A stretch of 64,000 nt of DNA, from positions 6,510,001 through 6,574,000 of the forward strand of contig OZ193910.1 of assembly GCA_964276515.1 (NCBI GenBank). Direction: 5' to 3'. Shown here one piece after another: positions 25,801 through 40,400 of the stretch. The stretch's first letter is position 1; every line of letters starts with the position of its first letter. Under the pieces are notes generated by a model. The model worked only from the letters and a program-made list of their open reading frames with translations. It searched no databases and was not told where the DNA came from. The translations under genes were made by a program, and so were the position numbers. Origin of the DNA: Gordius albopunctatus (Eukaryota).

Positions 25801-27224
25801 TCAGACGCTATACGCCAATTCCGTTGAGGGCGGACACCTAGCATTCTGCCCGACGCAAAATACTCTAAAATCCCTAAATCTCCTATAAAATGGCGCCTAG
25901 AATTAAAAATTAATTCACAAATGTATTCCTACGGCGTCCCCTATGTGCTAAGGATCGCACTTGATCGTAACTGGATTCAAAAAAATATTTAAAAAGGTTA
26001 CAACACCCGGGATTCCCAAGCGGTCACCCATCCAAGTACTAACCGGGCTCAACGTTGCTTAACTTCGGTGTTCGGAAGGGAACCGGTGTTTTCAACGTGA
26101 TATGGTCGTAACCGTAGATTTAAAGCGTAAATTGTGCTTATAAATCAGGCAAGATTCTTACTTTTTTATTTCCCACCCATATTTTATCACTTAAAATTTA
26201 CGCGAGAGCATCGAAATGTATGTATTTTGTCGTAATCGATGACGCAATACGTGGAATATTTAACTTTTTGATTGTTGGTAGTAATTATACAGCTCGAAAC
26301 AGTTTCATTATCGCGTTTTCAGTTTACTTACTCCCTTTCAGACGGTATACGCCAATTCCGTTGAGGACGGACACCTAGCATTCTGCCCGACGCAAAATAC
26401 TCTAAAATCCCTAAATCTCCTATAAAATGGCGCCTAGAATTAAAAATTAATTCACAAATGTATTCCTACGGCGTCCCCTATGTGCTCAGGATCGCCCTTG
26501 ATCGTAACTGGATTCAAAAAAATATTTAAAAAGGTTACAACACCCGGGATTCCCAAGCGGTCACCCATCCAAGTACTAACCGGGCTCAACGTTGCTTAAC
26601 TTCGGTGTTCGGAAGGGAACCGGTGTAGTATTCAATTCGCGTAACGTTTGATATCGCGTAAGTCAATCAAACACGTCAATCATGTATTTCTGCATTATAA
26701 TTGCAAAAAAGATTATTATAGGATGGTATAAATGTCAATCAATGTATTTCTGCATTATAATTGCAAAAAAGATTATTATAGGCTGGTATAAATGTCAATC
26801 AAAAATTGTGGTTATTTTTTTGTTTTAATATTTTTTAAATATATTTTGTTTTTTATATAAATTATATCAACTTATAATTATACTACTATATTTGTAATCT
26901 TATAATCCCTGATGATCTTAGGTGTCATATATTTGGTTTTAATTCTTTTATAAGTGATCCAATCCAATCTATATAAATTTAGCTTATTAAATTTATTTTG
27001 CATCTGATAAAGCTGTTATAATATAAAATAATGATATAGATAATATTATTTTAATAAATAGATATATTAAAACCATGTTTTGTCAAATATCAATTAGACA
27101 TTGGAATAAGAATAATATATTTTATTAAAAGTAAATATAAAGTAAAAACAGTTTATATAAAACAATTGTAACAATTAAAAATATTTTATAAACAAGTATC
27201 AAAAATATAATTGAAGTGATTTAT

Positions 27225-27385
27225 CTATCTTGTGAATGCCCTCCTAACATACAACAAATTTTCTTTTAATTTGTATTTTTTTGTCTTTTCAAGGAAATAG
27301 AATTTTTGTCTATTGGTAAGGTTTTCAGGAATAGTTCCAGAAAGCATATATAATTCCTAATCTCAGTAAAACCATATTCTTCCAT
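27225..27385 (-). pseudogene. Same frameshifted transposase N-terminal fragment in element copy 2
   Basis: Same sequence at +5733. Confidence 0.6.
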
Positions 27386-27515
27386 TCTATTAAATAAATG
27401 CTAAATTAATCAAAGTACAAATTAAGTAGTTTATATTCAAAATGCTTATTAATATAATCAGCTATTGAAAAAGTTTTATTAAATGAATGACTTTATAATA
27501 GTTGAAACTTGAAGT

Positions 27516-28405
27516 AAACTTCTTTTTTTCCAATAAGTTCCTAATATTATTAATAAGTTGCTAATATAACAAGCTAGTGAAAAAGTTTGTAAATACCTTA
27601 TTTGATGTATAACTTTATATTAATTGATGTAGAAAACTTCTTCTTTTCTAATAAATTCCTAATATTATTAATAAGTTGCTAATATTACAAGCTAGTGAAA
27701 AAGTTTGTAAATACCTTATTTGATGTATCACTTTATATTAATTGATGTAGAAAACTTCTTCTTTTCTAATAAGTTCCTAATATTATTAATAAGTTGCTAA
27801 TATTATAAGCTAGTGAAAAAGTTTGTAAATACCTTATTTGATGTATCACTTTATATTAATTGATGTAGAAAACTTCTTCTTTTCTAATAAATTTCTAATA
27901 TTATTAATAAGTTGTTAATATTACAAGCTAGTGAAAAAGTTTGTAAATACCTTATTTGATGTATAACTTTATATTAATTGATGTAGAAAACTTCTTCTTT
28001 TCTAATAAGTTCCTAATATTATTAATAAGTTGCTAATATTATAAGCTAGTGAAAAAGTTTGTAAATACCTTATTTGATGTATCACTTTATATTAATTTAT
28101 GTAGAAAACTTCTTCTTTTCTAATAAGTTCCTAATATTATTAATAAGTTGTTAATATTACAAGCTAGTGAAAAAGTTTGTAAATACCTTATTTGATGTAT
28201 AACTTTATATTAATTGATGTAGAAAACTTCTTCTTTTCTAATAAGTTCCTAATATTATTAATAAGTTGCTAATATTACAAGCTAGTGAAAAAGTTTGTAA
28301 ATACATTATTTGATGTAATAATTGTTGAAATTGTAGTAGACTTTGTATTTTGTAATAAGTAAGTTCTTAAGATTATAAATATAAATTAGTGAAAAAGTTT
28401 GTAAA
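27516..28405. repeat. 118-bp minisatellite in element copy 2
   Basis: Same array at +5733. Confidence 0.95.
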
Positions 28406-31400
28406 TTACGTGATCTCAAACGCCCTTCATTACGTGAACTCAAATGTATGTTTTTCAGAAATTTGAACCAATTATGTTACTCAAAAAATCACGTGATTGA
28501 CAAAAAAAAGTTCTTTTTTCGTGTTTTCAACGAATGAGGAGGTGTGATTGACGTTTACGCGATCTCAAATGCTACGTGCTTTCATACCTTACACCGGTGT
28601 TTTCAACGTGATATGGTCGTAACCGTAGATTTAAAGCGTAAATTGTGCTTATAAATCAGGCAAGATTCTTACTTTTTTATTTCCCACCCATATTTTATCA
28701 CTTAAAATTTACGCGAGAGCATCGAAATGTATGTATTTTGTCGTAATCGATGACGCAATACGTGGAATATTTAACTTTTTGATTGTTGGTAGTAATTATA
28801 CAGCTCGAAACAGTTTCATTATCGCGTTCTCGATTTACTTACTCCCTTTCAGACGCTATACGCCAATTCCGTTGAGGGCGGACACCTAGCATTCTGCCCG
28901 ACGCAAAATACTCTAAAATCCCTAAATCTCCTATAAAATGGCGCCTAGAATTAAAAATTAATTCACAAATGTATTCCTACGGCGTCCCCTATGTGCAAAG
29001 GATCGCACTTGATCGTAACTGGATTCAAAAAAATATTTAAAAAGGTTACAACACCCGGGATTCCCAAGCGGTCACCCATACAAGTACTAACCGGGCTCAA
29101 CGTTGCTTAACTTCGGTGTTCGGAAGGGAACCGGTGTTTTCAACGTGATATGGTCGTAACCGTAGATTTAAAGCGTAAATTGTGCTTATAAATCAGGCAA
29201 GATTCTTACTTTTTTATTTCACACCCATATTTTATCACTTAAAATTTACGCGAGAGCATCGAAATGTGTGTATTTTGTCGTAATCGATGACGCATTACGT
29301 GGAATATTTAACTTTTTGATTGTTGGTAGTAATTATACAGCTCGAAACAGTTTCATTATCGCGTTCTCGATTTACTTACTCCCTTTCAGACGCTATACGC
29401 CAATTCCGTTGAGGGCGGACACCTAGCATTCTGCCCGACGCAAAATACTCTAAAATCCCTAAATCTCCTATAAAATGGCGCCTAGAATTAAAAATTAATT
29501 CACAAATGTATTCCTACGGCGTCCCCTATGTGCTAAGGATCGCACTTGATCGTAACTGGATTCAAAAAAATATTTAAAAAGGTTACAACACCCGGGATTC
29601 CTAAGCGGTCACCCATCCAAGTACTAACCGGGCTCAACGTTGCTTAACTTCGGTGTTCGGAAGGGAACCGGTGTTTTCAACGTGATATGGTCGTAACCGT
29701 AGATTTAAAGCGTAAATTGTGCTTATAAATCAGGCAAGATTCTTACTTTTTTATTTCCCACCCATATTTTATCACTTAAAATTTACGCGAGAGCATCGAA
29801 ATGTATGTATTTTGTCGTAATCGATGACGCAATACGTGGAATATTTAACTTTTTGATTGTTGGTAGTAATTATACAGCTCGAAACAGTTTCATTATCGCG
29901 TTTTCAGTTTACTTACTCCCTTTCAGACGGTATACGCCAATTCCGTTGAGGACGGACACCTAGCATTCTGCCCGACGCAAAATACTCTAAAATCCCTAAA
30001 TCTCCTATAAAATGGCGCCTAGAATTAAAAATTAATTCACAAATGTATTCCTACGGCGTCCCCTATGTGCTCAGGATCGCCCTTGATCGTAACTGGATTC
30101 AAAAAAATATTTAAAAAGGTTACAACACCCGGGATTCCCAAGCGGTCACCCATCCAAGTACTAACCGGGCTCAACGTTGCTTAACTTCGGTGTTCGGAAG
30201 GGAACCGGTGTTTTCAACGTGATATGGTCGTAACCGTAGATTTAAAGCGAAAATTGTGCTTATAAATCAGGCAAGATTCTTACTTTTTTATTTCCCACCC
30301 ATATTTTATCACTTAAAATTTACGCGAGAGCATCGAAATGTATGTATTTTGTCGTAATCGATGACCCAATACGTGGAATATTTAACTTTTTGATTGTTGG
30401 TAGTAATTATACAGCTCGAAACAGTTTCATTATCGCGTTTTCAGTTTACTTACTCCCTTTCAGACGCTATACGCCAATTCCGTTGAGGGCGGACACCTAG
30501 CATTCTGCCCGACGCAAAATACTCTAAAATCCCTAAATCTCCTATAAAATGGCGCCTAGAATTAAAAATTAATTCACAAATGTATTCCTACGGCGTCCCC
30601 TATGTGCTAAGGATCGCACTTGATCGTAACTGGATTCAAAAAAATATTTAAAAAGGTTACAACACCCGGGATTCCCAAGCGGTCACCCATCCAAGTACTA
30701 ACCGGGCTCAACGTTGCTTAACTTCGGTGTTCGGAAGGGAACCGGTGTTTTCAACGTGATATGGTCGTAACCGTAGATTTAAAGCGTAAATTGTGCTTAT
30801 AAATCAGGCAAGATTCTTACTTTTTTATTTCCCACCCATATTTTATCACTTAAAATTTACGCGAGAGCATCGAAATGTATGTATTTTGTCGTAATCGATG
30901 ACGCAATACGTGGAATATTTAACTTTTTGATTGTTGGTAGTAATTATACAGCTCGAAACAGTTTCATTATCGCGTTTTCAGTTTACTTACTTCCTTTCAG
31001 ACGGTATACGCCAATTCCGTTGAGGACGGACACCTAGCATTCTGCCCGACGCAAAATACTCTAAAATCACTAAATCTCCTATAAAATGGCGCCTAGAATT
31101 AAAAATTAATTCACAAATGTATTCCTACGGCGTCCCCTATGTGCTCAGGATCGCCCTTGATCGTAACTGGATTCAAAAAAATATTTAAAAAGGTTACAAC
31201 ACCCGGGATTCCCAAGCGGTCACCCATCCAAGTACTAACCGGGCTCAACGTTGCTTAACTTCGGTGTTCGGAAGGGAACCGGTGTTTTCAACGTGATATG
31301 GTCGTAACCGTAGATTTAAAGCGTAAATTGTGCTTATAAATCAGGCAAGATTCTTACTTTTTTATTTCCCACCCATATTTTATCACTTAAAATTTACGCG

Positions 31401-34400
31401 AGAGCATCGAAATGTATGTATTTTGTCGTAATCGATGACGCAATACGTGGAATATTTAACTTTTTGATTGTTGGTAGTAATTATACAGCTCGAAACAGTT
31501 TCATTATCGCGTTTTCAGTTTACTTACTCCCTTTCAGACGGTATACGCCAATTCCGTTGAGGACGGACACCTAGCATTCTGCCCGTCGCAAAATACTCTA
31601 AAATCCCTAAATCTCCTATAAAATGGCGCCTAGAATTAAAAATTAATTCACAAATGTATTCCTACGGCGTCCCCTATGTGCTCAGGATCGCCCTTGATCG
31701 TAACTGGATTCAAAAAAATATTTAAAAAGGTTACAACACCCGGGATTCCCAAGCGGTCACCCATCCAAGTACTAACCGGGCTCAACGTTGCTTAACTTCG
31801 GTGTTCGGAAGGGAACCGGTGTTTTCAACGTGATATGGTCGTAACCGTAGATTTAAAGCGAAAATTGTGCTTATAAATCAGGCAAGATTCTTACTTTTTT
31901 ATTTCCCACCCATATTTTATCACTTAAAATTTACGCGAGAGCATCGAAATGTATGTATTTTGTCGTAATCGATGACGCAATACGTGGAATATTTAACTTT
32001 TTGATTGTTGGTAGTAATTATACAGCTCGAAACAGTTTCATTATCGCGTTTTCAGTTTACTTACTCCCTTTCAGACGCTATACGCCAATTCCGTTGAGGG
32101 CGGACACCTAGCATTCTGCCCGACGCAAAATACTCTAAAATCCCTAAATCTCCTATAAAATGGCGCCTAGAATTAAAAATTAATTCACAAATGTATTCCT
32201 ACGGTGTCCCCTATGTGCTAAGGATCGCCCCTGATCGTAACTGGATTCAAAAAAATATTTAAAAAGGTTACAACACCCGGGATTCCCAAGCGGTCACCCA
32301 TCCAAGTACTAACCGGGCTCAACGTTGCTTAACTTCGGTGTTCGGAAGGGAACCGGTGTTTTCAACGTGATATGGTCGTAACCGTAGATTTAAAGCGTAA
32401 ATTGTGCTTATAAATCAGGCAAGATTCTTACTTTTTTATTTCCCACCCATATTTTATCACTTAAAATTTACGCGAGAGCATCGAAATGTGTGTATTTTGT
32501 CGTAATCGATGACGCATTACGTGGAATATTTAACTTTTTGATTGTTGGTAGTAATTATACAGCTCGAAACAGTTTCATTATCGCGTTCTCGATTTACTTA
32601 CTCCCTTTCAGACGCTATACGCCAATTCCGTTGAGGGCGGACACCTAGCATTCTGCCCGACGCAAAATACTCTAAAATCCCTAAATCTCCTATAAAATGG
32701 CGCCTAGAATTAAAAATTAATTCACAAATGTATTCCTACGGCGTCCCCTATGTGCTAAGGATCTCACTTGATCGTAACTGGATTCAAAAAAATATTTAAA
32801 AAGGTTACAACACCCGGGATTCCCAAGCGGTCACCCATCCAAGTACTAACCGGGCTCAACGTTGCTTAACTTCGGTGTTCGGAAGGGAACCGGTGTTTTC
32901 AACGTGATATGGTCGTAACCGTAGATTTAAAGCGTAAATTGTGCTTATAAATCAGGCAAGATTCTTACTTTTTTATTTCCCACCCATATTTTATCACTTA
33001 AAATTTACGCGAGAGCATCGAAATGTATGTATTTTGTCGTAATCGATGACGCAATACGTGGAATATTTAACTTTTTGATTGTTGGTAGTAATTATACAGC
33101 TCGAAACAGTTTCATTATCGCGTTTTCAGTTTACTTACTCCCTTTCAGACGGTATACGCCAATTCCGTTGAGGACGGACACCTAGCATTCTGCCCGACGC
33201 AAAATACTCTAAAATCCCTAAATCTCCTATAAAATGGCGCCTAGAATTAAAAATTAATTCACAAATGTATTCCTACGGCGTCCCCTATGTGCTCCTGATC
33301 GCCCTTGATCGTAACTGGATTCAAAAAAATATTTAAAAAGGTTACAACACCCGGGATTCCCAAGCGGTCACCCATCCAAGTACTAACCGGGCTCAACGTT
33401 GCTTAACTTCGGTGTTCGGAAGGGAACCGGTGTTTTCAACGTGATATGGTCGTAACCGTAGATTTAAAGCGTAAATTGTGCTTATAAATCAGGCAAGATT
33501 CTTACTTTTTTATTTCCCACCCATATATTATCACTTAAAATTTACGCGAGAGCATCGAAATGTATGTATTTTGTCGTAATCGATGACGCAATACGTGGAA
33601 TATTTAACTTTTTGATTGTTGGTAGTAATTATACAGCTCGAAACAGTTTCATTATCGCGTTTTCAGTTTACTTACTCCCTTTCAGACGGTATACGCCAAT
33701 TCCGTTGAGGACGGACACCTAGCATTCTGCCCGACGCAAAATACTCTAAAATCCCTAAATCTCCTATAAAATGGCGCCTAGAATTAAAAATTAATTCACA
33801 AATGTATTCCTACGGCGTCCCCTATGTGCTCCTGATCGCCCTTGATCGTAACTGGATTCAAAAAAATATTTAAAAAGGTTACAACACCCGGGATTCCCAA
33901 GCGGTCACCCATCCAAGTACTAACCGGGCTCAACGTTGCTTAACTTCGGTGTTCGGAAGGGAACCGGTGTTTTCAACGTGATATGGTCGTAACCGTAGAT
34001 TTAAAGCGTAAATTGTGCTTATAAATCAGGCAAGATTCTTACTTTTTTATTTCCCACCCATATTTTATCACTTAAAATTTACGCGAGAGCATCGAAATGT
34101 ATGTATTTTGTCGTAATCGATGACGCAATACGTGGAATATTTAACTTTTTGATTGTTGGTAGTAATTATACAGCTCGAAACAGTTTCATTATCGCGTTTT
34201 CAGTTTACTTACTCCCTTTCAGACGGTATACGCCAATTCCGTTGAGGACGGACACCTAGCATTCTGCCCGACGCAAAATACTCTAAAATCCCTAAATCTC
34301 CTATAAAATGGCGCCTAGAATTAAAAATTAATTCACAAATGTATTCCTACGGCGTCCCCTATGTGCTCCTGATCGCCCTTGATCGTAACTGGATTCAAAA

Positions 34401-37400
34401 AAATATTTAAAAAGGTTACAACACCCGGGATTCCCAAGCGGTCACCCATCCAAGTACTAACCGGGCTCAACGTTGCTTAACTTCGGTGTTCGGAAGGGAA
34501 CCGGTGTTTTCAACGTGATATGGTCGTAACCGTAGATTTAAAGCGAAAATTGTGCTTATAAATCAGGCAAGATTCTTACTTTTTTATTTCCCACCCATAT
34601 TTTATCACTTAAAATTTACGCGAGAGCATCGAAATGTGTGTATTTTGTCGTAATCGATGACGCATTACGTGGAATATTTAACTTTTTGATTGTTGGTAGT
34701 AATTATACAGCTCGAAACAGTTTGATTATCGCGTTCTCGATTTACTTACTCCCTTTCAGACGCTATACGCCAATTCCGTTGAGGACGGACACCTAGCATT
34801 CTGCCCGACGCAAAATACTCTAAAATCCCTAAATCTCCTATAAAATGGCGCCTAGAATTAAAAATTAATTCACAAATGTATTCCTACGGCGTCCCCTATG
34901 TGCTAAGGATCGCACTTGATCGTAACTGGATTCAAAAAAATATTTGAAAAGGTTACAACACCCGCGATTCCCAAGCGGTCACCCATCCAAGTACTAACCG
35001 GGCTCAACGTTGCTTAACTTCGGTGTTCGGAAGGGAACCGGTGTTTTCAACGTGATATGGTCGTAACCGTAGATTTAAAGCGAAAATTTTGCTTATAAAT
35101 CAGGCAAGATTCTTACTTTTTTATTTCCCACCCATATTTTATCACTTAAAATTTACGCGAGAGCATCGAAATGTGTGTATTTTGTCGTAATCGATGACGC
35201 ATTACGTGGAATATTTAACTTTTTGATTGTTGGTAGTAATTATACAGCTCGAAACAGTTTCATTATCGCGTTCTCGATTTACTTACTCCCTTTCAGACGC
35301 TATACGCCAATTCCGTTGAGGGCGGACACCTAGCATTCTGCCCGACGCAAAATACTCTAAAATCCCTAAATCTCCTATAAAATGGCGCCTAGAATTAAAA
35401 ATTAATTCACAAATGTATTCCTACGGCGTCCCCTATGTGCTAAGGATCGCACTTGATCGTAACTGGATTCAAAAAAATATTTAAAAAGGTTACAACACCC
35501 GGGATTCCCAAGCGGTCACACATCCAAGTACTAACCGGGCTCAACGTTGCTTAACTTCGGTGTTCGGAAGGGAACCGGTGTTTTCAACGTGATATGGTCG
35601 TAACCGTAGATTTAAAGCGAAAATTGTGCTTATAAATCAGGCAAGATTCTTACTTTTTTATTTCCCACCCATATTTTATCACTTAAAATTTACGCGAGAG
35701 CATCGAAATGTGTGTATTTTGTCGTAATCGATGACGCATTACGTGGAATATTTAACTTTTTGATTGTTGGTAGTAATTATACAGCTCGAAACAGTTTGAT
35801 TATCGCGTTCTCGATTTACTTACTCCCTTTCAGACGCTATACGCCAATTCCGTTGAGGACGGACACCTAGCATTCTGCCCGACGCAAAATACTCTAAAAT
35901 CCCTAATTCTCCTATAAAATGGCGCCTAGAATTAAAAATTAATTCACAAATGTATTCCTACGGCGTCCCCTATGTGCTAAGGATCGCACTTGATCGTAAC
36001 TGGATTCAAAAAAATATTTAAAAAGGTTACAACACCCGGGATTCCCAAGCGGTCACCCATCCAAGTACTAACCGGGCTCAACGTTGCTTAACTTCGGTGT
36101 TCGGAAGGGAACCGGTGTTTTCAACGTGATATGGTCGTAACCGTAGATTTAAAGCGTAAATTGTGCTTATAAATCAGGCAAGATTCTTACTTTTTTATTT
36201 CCCACCCATATTTTATCACTTAAAATTTACGCGAGAGCATCGAAATGTGTGTATTTTGTCGTAATCGATGACGCATTACGTGGAATATTTAACTTTTTGA
36301 TTGTTGGTAGTAATTATACAGCTCGAAACAGTTTCATTATCGCGTTCTCTGTTTACTTACTCCCTTTCAGACGCCACTACGCCAATTCCGTTGAGGGCGG
36401 ACACCTAGCATTCTGCCCGACGCAAAATACTCTAAAATCCCTAAATCTCCTATAAAATGGCGCCTAGAATTAAAAATTAATTCACAAATGTATTCCTACG
36501 GCGTCCCCTATGTGCTAAGGATCGCACTTGATCGTAACTGGATTCAAAAAAATATTTAAAAAGGTTACAACACCCGGGATTCCCAAGCGGTCACCCATCC
36601 AAGTACTAACCGGGCTCAACGTTGCTTAACTTCGGTGTTCGGAAGGGAACCGGTGTTTTCAACGTGATATGGTCGTAACAGTAGATTTAAAGCGTAAATT
36701 GTGCTTATAAATCAGGCAAGATTCTTACTTTTTTATTTCCCACCCATATTTTATCACTTAAAATTTACGCGAGAGCATCGAAATGTATGTATTTTGTCGT
36801 AATCGATGACGCAATACGTGGAATATTTAACTTTTTGATTTTTGGTAGTAATTATACAGCTCGAAACAGTTTCATTATCGCGTTTTCAGTTTACTTACTC
36901 CCTTTCAGACGGTATACGCCAATTCCGTTGAGGGCGGACACCTAGCATTCTGCCCGACGCAAAATACTCTAAAATCCCTAAATCTCCTATAAAATGGCGC
37001 CTAGAATTAAAAATTAATTCACAAATGTATTCCTACGGCGTCCCCTATGTGCTCAGGATCGCCCTTGATCGTAACTGGATTCAAAAAAATATTTAAAAAG
37101 GTTACAACACCCGGGATTCCCAAGCGGTCACCCATCCAAGTACTAACCGGGCTCAACATTGCTTAACTTCGGTGTTCGGAAGGGAACCGGTGTTTTCAAC
37201 GTGATATGGTCGTAACCGTAGATTTAAAGCGAAAATTGTGCTTATAAATCAGGCAAGATTCTTACTTTTTTATTTCCCACCCATATTTTATCACTTAAAA
37301 TTTACGCGAGAGCATCGAAATGTGTGTATTTTGTCGTAATCGATGACGCATTACGTGGAATATTTAACTTTTTGATTGTTGGTAGTAATTATACAGCTCG

Positions 37401-40400
37401 AAACAGTTTGATTATCGCGTTCTCGATTTACTTACTCCCTTTCAGACGCTATACGCCAATTCCGTTGAGGGCGGACACCTAGCATTCTGCCCGACGCAAA
37501 ATACTCTAAAATCCCTAAATCTCCTATAAAATGGCGCCTAGAATTAAAAATTAATTCACAAATGTATTCCTACGGCGTCCCCTATGTGCTAAGGATCGCA
37601 CTTGATCGTAACTGGATTCAAAAAAATATTTAAAAAGGTTACAACACCCGGGATTCCCAAGCGGTCACCCATCCAAGTACTAACCGGGCTCAACGTTGCT
37701 TAACTTCGGTGTTCGGAAGGGAACCGGTGTTTTCAACGTGATATGGTCGTAACAGTAGATTTAAAGCGTAAATTGTGCTTATAAATCAGGCAAGATTCTT
37801 ACTTTTTTATTTCCCACCCATATTTTATCACTTAAAATTTACGCGAGAGCATCGAAATGTATGTATTTTGTCGTAATCGATGACGCAATACGTGGAATAT
37901 TTAACTTTTTGATTGTTGGTAGTAATTATACAGCTCGAAACAGTTTCATTATCGCGTTTTCAGTTTACTTACTCCCTTTCAGACGGTATACGCCAATTCC
38001 GTTGAGGGCGGACACCTAGCATTCTGCCCGACGCAAAATACTCTAAAATCCCTAAATCTCCTATAAAATGGCGCCTAGAATTAAAAATTAATTCACAAAT
38101 GTATTCCTACGGCGTCCCCTATGTGCTCAGGATCGCCCTTGATCGTAACTGGATTCAAAAAAATATTTAAAAAGGTTACAACACCCGGGATTCCCAAGCG
38201 GTCACCCATCCAAGTACTAACCGGGCTCAACGTTGCTTAACTTCGGTGTTCGGAAGGGAACCGGTGTTTTCAACGTGATATGGTCGTAACCGTAGATTTA
38301 AAGCGAAAATTGTGCTTATAAATCAGGCAAGATTCTTACTTTTTTATTTCCCACCCATATTTTATCACTTAAAATTTACGCGAGAGCATCGAAATGTGTG
38401 TATTTTGTCGTAATCGATGACGCATTACGTGGAATATTTAACTTTTTGATTGTTGGTAGTAATTATACAGCTCGAAACAGTTTCATTATCGCGTTCTCGA
38501 TTTACTTACTCCCTTTCAGACGCTATACGCCAATTCCGTTGAGGGCGGACACCTAGCATTCTGCCCGACGCAAAATACTCTAAAATCCCTAAATCTCCTA
38601 TAAAATGGCGCCTAGAATTAAAAATTAATTCACAAATGTATTCCTACGGCGTCCCCTATGTGCTAAGGATCGCACTTGATCGTAACTGGATTCAAAAAAA
38701 TATTTAAAAAGGTTACAACACCCGGGATTCCCAAGCGGTCACCCATCCAAGTACTAACCGGGCTCAACGTTGCTTAACTTCGGTGTTCGGAAGGGAACCG
38801 GTGTTTTCAACGTGATATGGTCGTAACCGTAGATTTAAAGCGAAAATTGTGCTTATAAATCAGGCAAGATTCTTACTTTTTTATTTCCCACCCATATTTT
38901 ATCACTTAAAATTTACGCGAGAGCATCGAAATGTGTGTATTTTGTCGTAATCGATGACGCATTACGTGGAATATTTAACTTTTTGATTGTTGGTAGTAAT
39001 TATACAGCTCGAAACAGTTTGATTATCGCGTTCTCGATTTACTTACTCCCTTTCAGACGCTATACGCCAATTCCGTTGAGGGCGGACACCTAGCATTCTG
39101 CCCGACGCAAAATATTCTAAAATCCCTAAATCTCCTATAAAATGGCGCCTAGAATTAAAAATTAATTCACAAATGTATTCCTACGGCGTCCCCTATGTGC
39201 TAAGGATCGCACTTGATCGTAACTGGATTCAAAAAAATATTTAAAAAGGTTACAACACCCGGGATTCCCAAGCGGTCACCCATCCAAGTACTAACCGGGC
39301 TCAACGTTGCTTAACTTCGGTGTTCGGAAGGGAACCGGTGTTTTCAACGTGATATGGTCGTAACCGTAGATTTAAAGCGAAAATTGTGCTTATAAATCAG
39401 GCAAGATTCTTACTTTTTTATTTCCCACCCATATTTTATCACTTAAAATTTACGCGAGAGCATCGAAATGTGTGTATTTTGTCGTAATCGATGACGCATT
39501 ACGTGGAATATTTAACTTTTTGATTGTTGGTAGTAATTATACAGCTCGAAACAGTTTGATTATCGCGTTCTCGATTTACTTACTCCCTTTCAGACGCTAT
39601 ACGCCAATTCCGTTGAGGGCGGACACCTAGCATTCTGCCCGACGCAAAATACTCTAAAATCCCTAAATCTCCTATAAAATGGCGCCTAGAATTAAAAATT
39701 AATTCACAAATGTATTCCTACGGCGTCCCCTATGTGCTAAGGATCGCACTTGATCGTAACTGGATTCAAAAAAATATTTAAAAAGGTTACAACACCCGGG
39801 ATTCCCAAGCGGTCACCCATCCAAGTACTAACCGGGCTCAACGTTGCTTAACTTCGGTGTTCGGAAGGGAACCGGTGTTTTCAACGTGATATGGTCGTAA
39901 CAGTAGATTTAAAGCGTAAATTGTGCTTATAAATCAGGCAAGATTCTTACTTTTTTATTTCCCACCCATATTTTATCACTTAAAATTTACGCGAGAGCAT
40001 CGAAATGTATGTATTTTGTCGTAATCGATGACGCAATACGTGGAATATTTAACTTTTTGATTGTTGGTAGTAATTATACAGCTCGAAACAGTTTCATTAT
40101 CGCGTTTTCAGTTTACTTACTCCCTTTCAGACGGTATACGCCAATTCCGTTGAGGGCGGACACCTAGCATTCTGCCCGACGCAAAATACTCTAAAATCCC
40201 TAAATCTCCTATAAAATGGCGCCTAGAATTAAAAATTAATTCACAAATGTATTCCTACGGCGTCCCCTATGTGCTCAGGATCGCCCTTGATCGTAACTGG
40301 ATTCAAAAAAATATTTAAAAAGGTTACAACACCCGGGATTCCCAAGCGGTCACCCATCCAAGTACTAACCGGGCTCAACGTTGCTTAACTTCGGTGTTCG

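Larger units (their letters stand above)
26624..28593 (-). mobile_element. Second, apparently identical copy of the 1970-bp Ginger1-like element at the same 5S position
   Basis: CCGG at 26620-26623 and 28594-28597. Offset from copy 1 is 5733 bp. No differences seen by eye. Confidence 0.85.
26532..28624 (-). pseudogene. 5S rRNA: 5S rRNA gene split by transposon copy 2 (nt 1-31 at 28624-28594; nt 28-119 at 26623-26532)
   Basis: Same structure as the first split copy. Confidence 0.95.
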
